DNA of 64,000 nucleotides, from assembly GCA_944325585.1 (NCBI GenBank), contig CALVAS010000001.1, positions 7,283-71,282 of the forward strand. Direction: 5' to 3'. The position numbers were made by a program, and so were the translations under genes. A model generated the notes under the pieces. That model searched no databases, was not told the DNA's origin, and worked only from the letters and a program-made list of their open reading frames with translations. The stretch comes from Candidatus Gastranaerophilales bacterium. GTDB taxonomy: Bacteria; Cyanobacteriota; Vampirovibrionia; Gastranaerophilales; Gastranaerophilaceae. The first letter of the stretch is position 1, and the number at the start of each line of letters is the position of its first letter. This document shows positions 26,994 through 36,846 of the stretch, piece after piece.

Positions 26994-28302
26994 AAAGTCT
27001 GTTCCACGGGTATTTATAATTCATATTATAACTTGTTTTTAAAAAATTTTGCACTTGTAATTTGTAAGGTTCAATTAAGTTTTTAATTTCTTCTGTATCA
27101 GGTTTTAAAAGTTTTTGTCTGCAATTTGCCTGATATGCCCAATCATCAATAAGTCTTGTCATTTGAAGTTTTAAAAACGCATTATGGTTATATTTTTTTG
27201 CCGCGAATTTTATTTTGGCGGCACATATCAGACTGCCTAAAGTATTTGCGGAAGTGTTCCATGCCGAATAGCCGAAAAAGTTTTCGTCAACCGGCTTTTC
27301 AAGAATTTGTTTTACAAGATTGTTGTCACCGCCGTTTGCAAATCTCACATCAGCAATCATATAAGGCTTTTCCGGCGTATTCCATGTGCCCTGAAAAGGT
27401 TCGGTTGGAATTTTCATAACAATTTCCCCTTGCCGTTCGGCAAAGTTGTTCACATAAAGCAGTATATCTGCGTTTTTTTCGTCCGTCACTTCACATTTGG
27501 CAAGTTCAAGCTGGCCTTTTACGGAATTTTCAATGGAAACATCTTCGTAGTTTGAAATGAGATTTTTGGAATCAGGTTCCAAAAATACCGGTGCAATTTT
27601 CAACTCTGACGGAATCGCGCGCGCAAGAAGCGTCAAAGGTATTTCATCCGCGCCTGTTTTGGTAAATCCGCCGAGTTCTTCCAGCTTTTGCGCCTCTTGA
27701 ACGTTGAATCCGTATTCTGCACAATCGTCTTTTGAAAAAATCAGAGTATCAAAAAATCCTTCCTTCTGCCATTCAAGATAAATTTTATTTATTTCAAAAT
27801 TTCTCTTTCTCGTTGCCAGATAATCTTCAAGAATTTCCTCAGGTATTAAATCCGCTGAAGCAGTTCCCGTTTTGCAATATTCAAAAGAGTATTCAAAAAT
27901 CTTTTTTCCAAATTCTGCCCAGTATTTTTTTTCTTCTTCATTTATATTATTGTTTGAAATTCTCATGATACTTGAAAAAGCATAAATTTTCGCCTCTTTT
28001 TGTTTGAGAATTTCTTTGAATTTTAAAATCCTTGATTTTATTTCCTCAAATGTATCGGGGCATCTTCTTGAAGGTATAAGTCCGCCGTATGCAATTGTGT
28101 CAAGTGAAATTATAAATGCATCAAGTTTCGGAAGCGTTTTAATCCATTCAAAAATTTTGGCGGTATCCGCATACTTTGTTAAATCTCCCAGAAGTTTGCG
28201 CGGCGGTATGAATAAATTAATTGAATCGTCGATTTCTGTGATGTTTTTGACGAGTGTGTAACAAACAGGCCGATTGTCTATTGGAATAAATCCTATGTTC
28301 AT
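26968..28302 (-). CDS. DUF4127-family protein
   Basis: MNIGFIPIDNRPVCY…PPRKLLGDL… matches my recollection of the DUF4127 N-terminus. Start trimmed to ATG 28302. Confidence 0.55.
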   Translation of the reverse strand: MNIGFIPIDNRPVCYTLVKNITEIDDSINLFIPPRKLLGDLTKYADTAKIFEWIKTLPKLDAFIISLDTIAYGGLIPSRRCPDTFEEIKSRILKFKEILKQKEAKIYAFSSIMRISNNNINEEEKKYWAEFGKKIFEYSFEYCKTGTASADLIPEEILEDYLATRKRNFEINKIYLEWQKEGFFDTLIFSKDDCAEYGFNVQEAQKLEELGGFTKTGADEIPLTLLARAIPSELKIAPVFLEPDSKNLISNYEDVSIENSVKGQLELAKCEVTDEKNADILLYVNNFAERQGEIVMKIPTEPFQGTWNTPEKPYMIADVRFANGGDNNLVKQILEKPVDENFFGYSAWNTSANTLGSLICAAKIKFAAKKYNHNAFLKLQMTRLIDDWAYQANCRQKLLKPDTEEIKNLIEPYKLQVQNFLKTSYNMNYKYPWNRLFEVEIEFI

Positions 28303-28351
28303 AAATTTATTATATGTTAATATCAAGATATTGCAAAACAGGTTAAATTTT

Positions 28352-29020
28352 ATGACATTATCAAAATCGCCGGAAAAAATTCGTTCTCTTTTTAACGGGA
28401 TTGCGGAAAAATACGATTTTATGAATAATTTGATATCCTTGGGGCTTCACAGGAAAATCAAGAAAATTTCCGCGGAAACTCTGGATATCAAACCGCATTC
28501 AAAAGTTCTTGACGCATGCTGCGGAACGGGAGATATGGCGGATATTATAAAAAAGATTCAGCCGCTTGCGGATGTAACAGGATGCGACTTTTCCGAAAAA
28601 ATGCTCGAAATTGCAAAAGCAAAAATTCATAATGTAAAATTTATTTATTCGGACGTATCAAATCTTGAATTTTCCGACAACAATTTTGATTTTGTGACAA
28701 TGGCTTTCGGACTTCGAAACATAGCAAATCCAGAAAAGGTTTTGAATGAAATTTACAGAGTTTTGAAACCCGGCGGAGAATTTTTGCATCTTGATTTCGG
28801 GCGAAAAAATTTACTGAACGGAATTTTTGATATTGAAGCGCCTCTTTTTGCAAAGATGTTTTACGGGAATAAAAGCCCTTATGAGTACCTTGTTAAATCT
28901 AAAAGAGTTTTCCCTGAACCTGATGAGTTGATTGAAGATTTTGAAAAATGCGGGTTCAAATTCAAAAAGAAAAAGGATTTTTTATGCGGTGCGATTTCCG
29001 TACAGATTATGAAAAAATAA
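28352..29020 (+). CDS. ubiE: Demethylmenaquinone/ubiquinone methyltransferase UbiE/MenG
   Basis: FNGIAEKYDFMNNLISLGLHR and SAM motif VLDACCGTGD. Start trimmed to ATG 28352. Confidence 0.8.
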   Translation: MTLSKSPEKIRSLFNGIAEKYDFMNNLISLGLHRKIKKISAETLDIKPHSKVLDACCGTGDMADIIKKIQPLADVTGCDFSEKMLEIAKAKIHNVKFIYSDVSNLEFSDNNFDFVTMAFGLRNIANPEKVLNEIYRVLKPGGEFLHLDFGRKNLLNGIFDIEAPLFAKMFYGNKSPYEYLVKSKRVFPEPDELIEDFEKCGFKFKKKKDFLCGAISVQIMKK

Positions 29021-29021
29021 A

Positions 29022-30026
29022 TTACATAACACCGTATAGATTTCCGCCTTTTATATTGTCTTTTATCTGATCAATTGTGCTTTGGAGTATGTAATCCAGT
29101 GCTTCTTTCGTGTTGTAGGCAATATGCGGGGTTAAAATTACGTTATTTGTATTTTTTAATAATTCAAGATACTTTTCTTCCTCCTGACAAACTTTTGTAA
29201 CAGGTTTTTCGCCGTTGCACATTTCATTTTTGCTCCTGCATATTTTTGTATCAATTGCGGCTCCTTTTAATTTTTTAATTATTAAAGCATTGTATAAACT
29301 TTCGCAATCGACGAGTTTTATTGAAGAGGTGTTTATAAAATACGAATCTTTTTTCATTAAATCAAATTCTTTTGCGGAAAACATATGAAAATTGTCGCCG
29401 GTGAACGGAATATGAACCGTAACAATGTCGGATTTTTTAAGCAGATTTTCAAACGAAAGATATTCAATATCATATTTTTTTATTAATTCATGTTTGATTC
29501 TCAAATCGTAACCGTAAATTTTCATGTTGAAGAAATTTGCGATTTTAGCAACAGAGGCTCCGATTGCACCAGTGCCGACTATACCGATGGAAAGTTCCGA
29601 AATATCGCGTCCTATAATATCTTCCTCTTTAACATCATTTTTTCCCGCGGGCATGAGGTTTCTGATGAGCGCAATAATTACGCCGAACGTGAATTGTGCA
29701 ACTGATTTTTCCCCGTAATTCGGAACATTTAAAACAGCAATGTTTCTATTCATTACTGCTTTTTTGCTGATATGGTCATATGCTGTTGAGCGGGTTGAAA
29801 TTATACGAAGATTTTTGAACTCTTTGATGACATCTTCTGTTATATCAGAGTCGGTAAAAATGCTTATTACGGAGGTATTGTCTTTAATATTTGCAGGCAG
29901 ATTTTTAACGGTTTCCGAATTAAGACTTTCACTGAACAATGTGAATTTAAAATGTTGAAAATTATTATTTTCAAGAAATTCCTTTTCATCTTCTCTAACA
30001 TCAAATAAAACCATTTCAATTGTCAT
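29022..30026 (-). CDS. D-isomer-specific 2-hydroxyacid dehydrogenase family, NAD-binding
   Basis: GIVGTGAIGASVA Rossmann motif and …LTPHIAYNT…. Substrate not assignable. Confidence 0.75.
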   Translation of the reverse strand: MTIEMVLFDVREDEKEFLENNNFQHFKFTLFSESLNSETVKNLPANIKDNTSVISIFTDSDITEDVIKEFKNLRIISTRSTAYDHISKKAVMNRNIAVLNVPNYGEKSVAQFTFGVIIALIRNLMPAGKNDVKEEDIIGRDISELSIGIVGTGAIGASVAKIANFFNMKIYGYDLRIKHELIKKYDIEYLSFENLLKKSDIVTVHIPFTGDNFHMFSAKEFDLMKKDSYFINTSSIKLVDCESLYNALIIKKLKGAAIDTKICRSKNEMCNGEKPVTKVCQEEEKYLELLKNTNNVILTPHIAYNTKEALDYILQSTIDQIKDNIKGGNLYGVM

Positions 30027-30173
30027 AATCTCTCCTTTTTTCTTAATTATTCCGGTGTAAACAATTCTCTTCCATTAAACAAATGTTTATATTTTAAGGA
30101 TTAATTTTTAGGAGATTAGTGTAATGAAACCAAATTAAAAAAAGTTTATCCTGGATATGTGAAAGGAGTTTCA

Positions 30174-30716
30174 ATGAAGTACGATTTGATGATAAGAGAA
30201 CCTGAATTGTATTTTGACAGCATACATCAGGAATTAAATAATTTTCTCCGCGACACATTTATGACAAACGCATTCGCCAATCCTTTGAATGTACGCAAAG
30301 TAACTACCTGGCGTCCTGCAATTGAAGTTAAACAGAGTGATAAATGTTATAAAGTAAAAGTTCAGCTTCCGGGTGTTAAAAAAGACGACATTGAAGTTGA
30401 ATTGGACAACGATTTTATGACAATAACCGCTGAAATTCAGGAGGAAAAAGAAGAAAAATCCGAAGAAGAAAAAAATGCGCGTTATCACACAAGCGAATTT
30501 CGTTACGGCAAATATAAACGGACAATTTCGTTTGACTCTCCGATAAAACCTGAAGAATGCAAAGCGGAATATAAAGACGGACTTTTGACTATAAAGGTTC
30601 CGAAACAAAACGTTGAACAGACCAAACCGAAAAAAATTGAAATCAATTCAAATTCCGAAATTGAAGATAAAAGTTCTAAAAAAGCGGAATCTTCCGAAAA
30701 AAAGGAAGATGAATAA
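30174..30716 (+). CDS. Hsp20/alpha-crystallin small heat-shock protein
   Basis: …WRPAIEVKQSDKCYKVKVQLPGVKKDDIEVELDNDFMTITAE…DGLLTIKVPK. AAGGAG SD before ATG 30174. Confidence 0.85.
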   Translation: MKYDLMIREPELYFDSIHQELNNFLRDTFMTNAFANPLNVRKVTTWRPAIEVKQSDKCYKVKVQLPGVKKDDIEVELDNDFMTITAEIQEEKEEKSEEEKNARYHTSEFRYGKYKRTISFDSPIKPEECKAEYKDGLLTIKVPKQNVEQTKPKKIEINSNSEIEDKSSKKAESSEKKEDE

Positions 30717-30926
30717 ATTCGTATTCTAAAGCCGAGTTCTCCTGCGATTGAGCGGGCGTGGCGCATGGTTTGGAAAAGAAAGTTAAATATTCTTTCCTCT
30801 GATATATGCAAAATAAGCGGCGGAATACGGATAAAGGCGGCTGCGGGCAGGCCCCCACGAACTTGCCTTAAATTTGCAGCCGGAGAAAAGGCGTGACGGG
30901 TAAAACTGTTGCGCCTTCTGTTTTTA
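30717..30926 (+). ncRNA. GC-rich structured RNA element (3' UTR of hsp20, or an independent sRNA)
   Basis: Stems GGCTGC/GCAGCC (30839/30876), GGCAGG/CTTGCC and TTCTCC/GGAGAA (30737/30882). Terminator AAGGCG…CGCCTT plus CTGTTTTT (30888..30926). The G-U pairs favour the plus strand. No class recognised. Confidence 0.35.
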
Positions 30927-30960
30927 TAAAGTAAAGATTTTATACCCGTTACAGGTATGT

Positions 30961-30996
30961 AAAAATAATAAAAAAGAGCAGATAATATCCGCTCTT
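30961..30996 (-). terminator. Intrinsic terminator of the 44-aa ORF
   Basis: Minus strand reads AAGAGC-ggatattatct-GCTCTT followed by a U-rich run. Confidence 0.55.
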
Positions 30997-31037
30997 ACAT
31001 TTCGTGCATTTGCACTTCACACAATCCTTTTCAACAG

Positions 31038-31172
31038 CTATTTATCAATAACTTTTTCAGTCGATTTAATCTTTTTCATCAGTTCTTCAAATTGTTCTTT
31101 TATGTATAAAAGAAACAATGAACATTCTTCTTTAAAGCTGTAAGCGCCGGGCCAAACCGTGTATCTGTACAT
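31038..31172 (-). CDS. Small protein (44 aa): MYRYTVWPGAYSFKEECSLFLLYIKEQFEELMKKIKSTEKVIDK
   Basis: AAGGAG SD 9 nt before the ATG, and its own terminator downstream. Below the ORF-track cutoff. Confidence 0.45.
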   Translation of the reverse strand: MYRYTVWPGAYSFKEECSLFLLYIKEQFEELMKKIKSTEKVIDK

Positions 31173-31295
31173 AAAGTTTACTCCTTATCTAACCTTCTTA
31201 CAAAAACCTTATCGGTCAGCAGGCGGTTAAACTTTAAAAAAACTCTTTTTTTGTTAAAGAAAGTTTACAAAAAATTCGGTTTTCCAAAAAAACTC

Positions 31296-31673
31296 TTATT
31301 CAAAAAGTTTGCTGTAATTTTCTCTCAACTGGCACATTGGTTTGGGTAAATATTCGACATTATATTTTTCCGCAATTCTTTTTATGTTAGGTGCCGCTGA
31401 AATTATAATAATCCGGCTGTTGTTATACTCTTTATAAGTTTTAATCTGTTTTACAAACCATTCTCCGGCATACATCGGCAAAAAATCACTTTCCATCTGC
31501 ATGTCCGTGAAAATCACGTCGTAAGGCGAATCAATATTCAGTGTAATTTTATCAAGCCCTTCCTTTGCGCTTTTTGCCGTGTCAATTTCGCATCCTGCGG
31601 GCAAAATTTGTCTTAACGCATTAACATGGTATTCTATCCAGCCGCTTGAATCATCTGTAACAAGTATTTTCAT
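31296..31673 (-). CDS. Stand-alone CheY-like response-regulator receiver domain
   Basis: MKILVTDDS…DVIFTDMQM…ISAAP…KP carries the receiver acidic pocket and phospho-Asp context. Confidence 0.7.
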   Translation of the reverse strand: MKILVTDDSSGWIEYHVNALRQILPAGCEIDTAKSAKEGLDKITLNIDSPYDVIFTDMQMESDFLPMYAGEWFVKQIKTYKEYNNSRIIIISAAPNIKRIAEKYNVEYLPKPMCQLRENYSKLFE

Positions 31674-31690
31674 AACTCAAATTCTATCAT

Positions 31691-31721
31691 AAAAAAGCCG
31701 GACTTTATGTCCGGCTTTTTT
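31691..31721. terminator. Bidirectional-looking terminator
   Basis: AAAAAAGCCGGAC-tttat-GTCCGGCTTTTTT. Confidence 0.7.
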
Positions 31722-31733
31722 AAATCTCTTAAC

Positions 31734-32282
31734 CTAATCATCTTCAATCGGAACAACTATAATATATTTTTCTCCGTCTCTATATTTGCTCATCTCGCCT
31801 AAATCAGCTTCATCAGGGAAAATAAAACTTTGCGTGAATCGGATTATGGCATTTTTGTTTTTCTTTTTTGTTTCACCCGCGGCATTTATTGTCAGTTTGT
31901 TGCCTTCTGTTGTAACTTCGACATTTTTTTCATTATTGTCAAACGGTTTCAAATTCATAATGATTTTGTACGCATCATCTGTTTTTTCTATGTGAACAAT
32001 TTCTCCGGCTCTGTTTTCAAGCCGTTCTGCCTGATGCATACGGCGATGCATCATTTGTTCTGCCTGACGGGCTTCTTTCATCATCATTCTGTCCATTTTG
32101 CGCATTTGAACCATCGGATCAAGCATTCGTTTATAATGCCAGTCGGTTACAACATAAAACGCGGCAAATGCACCCAAAAACGTCAACAATCCGACCAAAA
32201 TATGTTTTAATACAGGATGTCCGCATAAAAAACAATTTTCATGATGGTGCTCATGCTTGTTTTCATAATTGTTTTCGTCCAT
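31734..32282 (-). CDS. Membrane-anchored protein with His/Met-rich segments and a C-terminal Hsp20-like domain
   Basis: HEHHHENCFLCGH, a TM helix, Met/His-rich MRKMDRMMMKEARQAEQMMHRRMH, then an alpha-crystallin-like beta region (…AYKIIMNLKPF…KLTINA…). Confidence 0.5.
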   Translation of the reverse strand: MDENNYENKHEHHHENCFLCGHPVLKHILVGLLTFLGAFAAFYVVTDWHYKRMLDPMVQMRKMDRMMMKEARQAEQMMHRRMHQAERLENRAGEIVHIEKTDDAYKIIMNLKPFDNNEKNVEVTTEGNKLTINAAGETKKKNKNAIIRFTQSFIFPDEADLGEMSKYRDGEKYIIVVPIEDD

Positions 32283-32427
32283 AAAAACACTCCTTTCTTG
32301 ATGTCACAATGTTATAATATTTCAAATAAAAATATTATGTCCATAGCATAGTCGGGTTAATCCTCTTAACAATCTTGTCAAAGTGATAAATATATGTTAC
32401 AATTATAGCATGGAGGGTTAATGTAAA

Positions 32428-32616
32428 ATGGCAAAAATATTAGTCACAATGCCAGATGAATTTTTAAATCGTGTAGATGGTCTTGCAAATACTGAACAGC
32501 GAACACGCAGCGAACTTATTCGTGAAGCGCTCAGATCTTATATGCGCAGAACTACCGTTCAGCAGGTGCAAAAAGCTGAAGATAATGCAAAAATTTTAGA
32601 ACATCTTCTCGATTAA
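32428..32616 (+). CDS. CopG/ribbon-helix-helix DNA-binding protein (62 aa)
   Basis: MAKILVTMPDEFLNRVDGLA…RTRSELIREALRSYM is an RHH signature. Promoter TTGTCA-17-TACAAT lies upstream. Confidence 0.7.
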   Translation: MAKILVTMPDEFLNRVDGLANTEQRTRSELIREALRSYMRRTTVQQVQKAEDNAKILEHLLD

Positions 32617-32695
32617 AAGTATATTTTTGGAATTAATAAATTTGTTTAATAAATTGTGATTTGGTCTCTTAATAATGAGATATATTTTGTCAACC

Positions 32696-33778
32696 TCAAA
32701 TTCTGTCAAGTTCAATTGTGTGCCTGATAATCGAATGTGCTGTCAAAAGCAGATAGGGATTAATTTCATTTGTATGGGACATGTTTATTTTTGCATTGGT
32801 CATTTCAGACGTTTGTGCTTCATTGAGAGTTTTCTTTGTTTCAAAAGATATAACCGATTGCATTGAATAACGTTTTTGTTCGCTTTCTAATCTCAGAATC
32901 AGTTCATCTTTCGGAAATTTTTCGCTGCATTCAATGTTTACATGAACCGAATTTGCGGTTTCAAGAATCAGTGTTGCCGTTATTACTCCAAAATGTATTG
33001 TGGTAATTGTGACGATTAAAATGCTTTCGTCTTCCGCTCCGCCTCCGCTGGAAGCCTCGATTTCCAGATCAAAACCCGCGCCTTCATGCAGCGGAAGCCA
33101 TGGCAGATATAAAAGCATCAGAGTTTTAAGCGTTTGAGCGGGGTTGTCGGTGGAGGCAAGAGCAATACTTGCATTAATCAGTTTGGCTGTTTCTTTAAGC
33201 TGGCTCAAGTCTGTTACGCCTTGTTTTGAGGCGGCAGTCATTGCCAGAATCAGTTTTGTAACGGCATCTTTTCCGTTTGTTTGAATAAGTGCTGCAATAT
33301 CTGCAATATTAATCATCTGTCCTGCCGCAAGCTGAAGATTTTTTAGAGCGGAAGCCATCTGGGTATTTATCTGGCTTTTCATAACAGTCTGCATTTCGCT
33401 TGTTGTAAGCCCCTGAAGCTGGGCAAGAATTTGAGCCTGAGTTTGAGAGAGCAGATTTTTTCTTGCTGCGATTTGCTGTTCAAAAAGTCTGTTAAACTGC
33501 ACCTGATTAAGATTTTTTTGAAGCATAAAGAGAAGTTCATTCATATTTCTCGGGAGCTGCATCAAATCTTTTATATAAACAGAGCGGTCTCCGCCGGTTA
33601 ATGCGCCCATTTGAGGATTTGCGGAAGACGCGGTTGAACCTGTTGTTTGTGCGATATTTGCGGCAGAAGAAGAATTTGCTGAAAAATTTGACGGATTCAC
33701 ATTGTTTGGGGATGTTGACTTTACCGGTTTGTAGTTAATATATTTTGCGATAAGATTTCCGAGATTCAAATTTTCCAT
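32696..33778 (-). CDS. Hypothetical protein (360 aa) with an S/N/Q-rich N-terminus
   Basis: Long clean ORF; no motif recognised. Confidence 0.45.
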   Translation of the reverse strand: MENLNLGNLIAKYINYKPVKSTSPNNVNPSNFSANSSSAANIAQTTGSTASSANPQMGALTGGDRSVYIKDLMQLPRNMNELLFMLQKNLNQVQFNRLFEQQIAARKNLLSQTQAQILAQLQGLTTSEMQTVMKSQINTQMASALKNLQLAAGQMINIADIAALIQTNGKDAVTKLILAMTAASKQGVTDLSQLKETAKLINASIALASTDNPAQTLKTLMLLYLPWLPLHEGAGFDLEIEASSGGGAEDESILIVTITTIHFGVITATLILETANSVHVNIECSEKFPKDELILRLESEQKRYSMQSVISFETKKTLNEAQTSEMTNAKINMSHTNEINPYLLLTAHSIIRHTIELDRI

Positions 33779-33847
33779 AAAAGTAATTATACTTATTTTT
33801 TACTCTTTGTCCACTGCGGGATTAAAAAATATCGGAGATGAGGAAAA

Positions 33848-34837
33848 TTATTTTCTTACCGGAAGATATGATTGCGGATAATTGTAATCTTCTTTAAAGC
33901 CAAGATGCCTGTACATTTTCAGCGCCTGAAAATTGTTTGTTTCCGTACAGGTATTAACTTCCGTAATCGGTTTTTCACCGTTGTCAACCCATTTGATAAG
34001 CTGTTCTACAGAGGCTTTCAACATATGTTTTGAGAGGCCTCTGCCCTGATGTTCTTTTTTTATGGCAACAATCGGGATGTTTGCAATTTGTCCGCCTGTC
34101 AGATTCATAAAGCAAAATCCGACGGGTGTTCCGCTGCATAGAAGAACGCTTGTTGCCTCAGGCAAAAATTCAGCATAAATATTATTTACGATTTTATCGA
34201 GAATATCGTAGGTGCCCTCTAAAGTTTTAAATCTCGGATCAAACAGGGCGTCAGCGCTTGTTGTAAATGCTTCGTTAACAATTTCAACGGCTGCATCAAA
34301 GTATTCTTCAGACCAGCTTACAACTTTATAGCACGGGTTTAAACCTGTAAGTTCGGTAAGATTTAATATTTCACGCGAATTTGTTCCGCTCATCATAAAT
34401 CTCAAAACCGCAATCCCCACAAATTTGAATCCGAAACGCGCTATCTCGCCGATTAAAGTTTTTTGAGAACCCAGCATCGGGTAGCAAACTATTTTTTCTC
34501 TGCGTTCGTCTCTTGTTTCTCTTAAAAACTCTTCAATAAGATATTTGCTTCTTGTCATAATATTTTCCATCTTGTAAGAGTGGATTATATTAAGTTCAAC
34601 AGCCTCGGAAATAGCTGTTGTATAAACCAGAAACGCAGTCGGAATATTATTTTCAAACAATACTATGCAATTAATAAGTTCCTTTTCTAACGAATCTATA
34701 AAATCAGTATAACTCAGCGGCTCAAGTTCAAATTTGTATTCGATAACAGCTCTGTTTCGAAAATCGTTGTAAACCGATGCAAAACTTTTGTAGTCTTTTT
34801 CCTCAAGAGGTTTTGCCTCGTAAAGTGTGTCTATCAT
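33848..34837 (-). CDS. GNAT-family N-acetyltransferase (two-domain)
   Basis: …VAIKKEHQGRGLSKHMLKA…NNFQALKMYRHLGF is the acetyl-CoA binding motif A. Confidence 0.7.
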   Translation of the reverse strand: MIDTLYEAKPLEEKDYKSFASVYNDFRNRAVIEYKFELEPLSYTDFIDSLEKELINCIVLFENNIPTAFLVYTTAISEAVELNIIHSYKMENIMTRSKYLIEEFLRETRDERREKIVCYPMLGSQKTLIGEIARFGFKFVGIAVLRFMMSGTNSREILNLTELTGLNPCYKVVSWSEEYFDAAVEIVNEAFTTSADALFDPRFKTLEGTYDILDKIVNNIYAEFLPEATSVLLCSGTPVGFCFMNLTGGQIANIPIVAIKKEHQGRGLSKHMLKASVEQLIKWVDNGEKPITEVNTCTETNNFQALKMYRHLGFKEDYNYPQSYLPVRK

Positions 34838-34859
34838 AGTTCATTCACCCCGAAATGCA

Positions 34860-36077
34860 TTATTCTAAAAACATATGATGCATTTTTTCTTTTTTTGTTT
34901 TCATATAGCGTTCATTATATGAATTGATTTCAGGTGTTAATCTTACCACATCATTGATTTTAAGTCCATAACCCGTCAGGGCTATTATTTTTTTAGGATT
35001 GTTGGTAATTAGATTGAAATTGTTAAAGCCTAAATCCGAGATTATTTGTGCACCCATTCCGTAATCGCGCAAATCTGCCTTGAATCCGAGTGACAAATTC
35101 GCTTCAACGGTATCCTGACCGCATTCCTGCAGTTTGTAGGCTTTAATTTTGTTAACAATACCTATTCCGCGGCCTTCATGACCTTTCATATAAATCAGCG
35201 CGCCTTTGCCGTAATCATTAATCATTTTTAATGCACTGTGAAGCTGGTAATTGCAATCGCATTTTAGACTGTGGAAAATATCGCCCGTCAGACATTCGCT
35301 GTGAACTCTTACGAGCGGAATTTTGTCACTGCCGTCATCTTTTACGAGAGCAACACTTTCCTGTCCTGTCAGATGGTTTACATATCCGTAGATTTCAAAC
35401 TCGCCGAAAGCTGTCGGAAGATGTGCTTCTGCTTCACGGGTTACGATTTTTTCATGTTTTAATCTGTATGCAATTAATTCCGCAACGGTTATAAATTTAA
35501 TTCCGTGTTTTTGAGCGAATTTGAAAAGTTCATCACGTTTTGCCATATGCCCGTCTTCGCCCATAATTTCACACATAGGGCCGGCCGGAATGTGTCCTGC
35601 AAGTTTGGCAAGGTCGACAACTGCTTCGGTGTGTCCGGTTCTTTGAAGAACTCCGCCTTTTCGTGCAACACAGGGGAAAAGATGTCCCGGGCGTCTTAAA
35701 TCTGACGGAACAGCATCGGGTGCAAGCGCAACTTCAATTGTTTTGGCTCTGTCAAATGCGGAAATTCCTGTTGTAACGCCGTATTTTTCCGCTGCATCAA
35801 TGCTTACAGTGAAAGCTGTTTTCATACCTTCGGTATTTTGTTCGACCATTTGAGGCAAATCAAGTTTTTCAGCCAATTCCGGTGAAATCGCAAGGCATAC
35901 AAGGCCTTTTGCGTTTTCAGCCATAAATTTAATGATTTCAGGTGTGACCATCTGGCCGGAACAAATTAAATCGCCTTCATTTTCACGATCTTCATCATCC
36001 GCAACGATAATCATTTTGCCGTTTTTAAAGTCCTCAATGGCTTCCTCAATTGTATTAAATTTCAATTCATCCATCAC
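34860..36077 (-). CDS. ribBA: Bifunctional DHBP synthase / GTP cyclohydrolase II
   Basis: DRENEGDLI and …[20 protein letters not shown]…. Confidence 0.92.
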   Translation of the reverse strand: MMDELKFNTIEEAIEDFKNGKMIIVADDEDRENEGDLICSGQMVTPEIIKFMAENAKGLVCLAISPELAEKLDLPQMVEQNTEGMKTAFTVSIDAAEKYGVTTGISAFDRAKTIEVALAPDAVPSDLRRPGHLFPCVARKGGVLQRTGHTEAVVDLAKLAGHIPAGPMCEIMGEDGHMAKRDELFKFAQKHGIKFITVAELIAYRLKHEKIVTREAEAHLPTAFGEFEIYGYVNHLTGQESVALVKDDGSDKIPLVRVHSECLTGDIFHSLKCDCNYQLHSALKMINDYGKGALIYMKGHEGRGIGIVNKIKAYKLQECGQDTVEANLSLGFKADLRDYGMGAQIISDLGFNNFNLITNNPKKIIALTGYGLKINDVVRLTPEINSYNERYMKTKKEKMHHMFLE

Positions 36078-36673
36078 ATAAACCCGTTTTCTTTTAAAAA
36101 TTCTTCCGTAATATTATTATTTTTCAGATATAAAAATTTTTCAACATATCTGCCCAGAATATCGGTTTCAATATTTACCGAATCTCCGGTTCTCAACTCT
36201 TTCAGATTGGTATTTTCAAGTGTATGAGGAATAATTGCAACACTGAATTTCCGATTTTCGTTTTTTGAAACCGTCAGGCTGACGCCGTTCACGGTAATCG
36301 AACCTTTATAAACAACATACTTATCAAGTTCCTGCGGCAATTCAAAAGTCATATTCCCGATATATTTTGCGGTTCCGTCAACATGTCCCTGAACAAAATG
36401 TCCGCCTATTCTTGTTGAAGGTGTCAATGCGCGTTCAAGATTTACGTTTCTGCCGGATTTAAAAGTTTTGAAAGTTGTTATTGAAACTGTTTCATTGCTA
36501 ACGTCTGCCGTAAAGCTGTTTGATGTCATATCCACAACAGTCTGGCAGCATCCGTCAATTGCAATGCTGTCTCCGATTTGTGTGTTTTCCAAAACTTTTT
36601 TACATTCGACAACGAGTTTTGCGCCGTCAAAACTTTTTACTCTGCCTATTTCCTCTACAATGCCTGTGAACAT
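36074..36673 (-). CDS. ribE: Riboflavin synthase alpha chain
   Basis: MFTGIVEEIG… with an internal repeat (…GDSIAIDG…/…SITVNGVSLTV…). Confidence 0.9.
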   Translation of the reverse strand: MFTGIVEEIGRVKSFDGAKLVVECKKVLENTQIGDSIAIDGCCQTVVDMTSNSFTADVSNETVSITTFKTFKSGRNVNLERALTPSTRIGGHFVQGHVDGTAKYIGNMTFELPQELDKYVVYKGSITVNGVSLTVSKNENRKFSVAIIPHTLENTNLKELRTGDSVNIETDILGRYVEKFLYLKNNNITEEFLKENGFM

Positions 36674-36846
36674 ACCCTTATATTAACATGAACACAATTT
36701 GTGTTTAAGACTAAATGAAATATTAATAATATTGACAGAAATCAAACAAAAATATATGGATAAATTGTGGGTAGGCCCTTATCACCTGTTATTCTGAAAG
36801 CACGAACTATAAATTTGTTAAACTTTTAGAAAGGGGGTGATATAAT

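Noticed and set aside
30818-30828. The 11-mer cggcggaatac is shared between 30818..30828 and 38105..38115, and several GC-rich intergenic segments share ccggcaaa / ttctcc…ggagaa. This could indicate a dispersed repeat family.
   Set aside because: The flanks do not align beyond the short words, and ccggcaaa also occurs inside coding regions. I cannot distinguish this from chance without a proper repeat search.
30717-30926. Possible identity as RNase P RNA, SRP RNA, 6S RNA or a cobalamin riboswitch.
   Set aside because: The universal motifs are absent: GAGGAAAGTCC for RNase P, the GGAA-tetraloop domain IV for SRP, and the B12 box GCCACTG. A 6S identity cannot be judged by eye, so I left it as an unclassified structured RNA.
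36838-36846. TGATATAAT looks like an extended -10 promoter on the plus strand.
   Set aside because: It aligns with the SD-to-start spacer (GAAAGGAGGTG…ATG) of the two paralogous loci. It is more likely part of the translation initiation region than a promoter.
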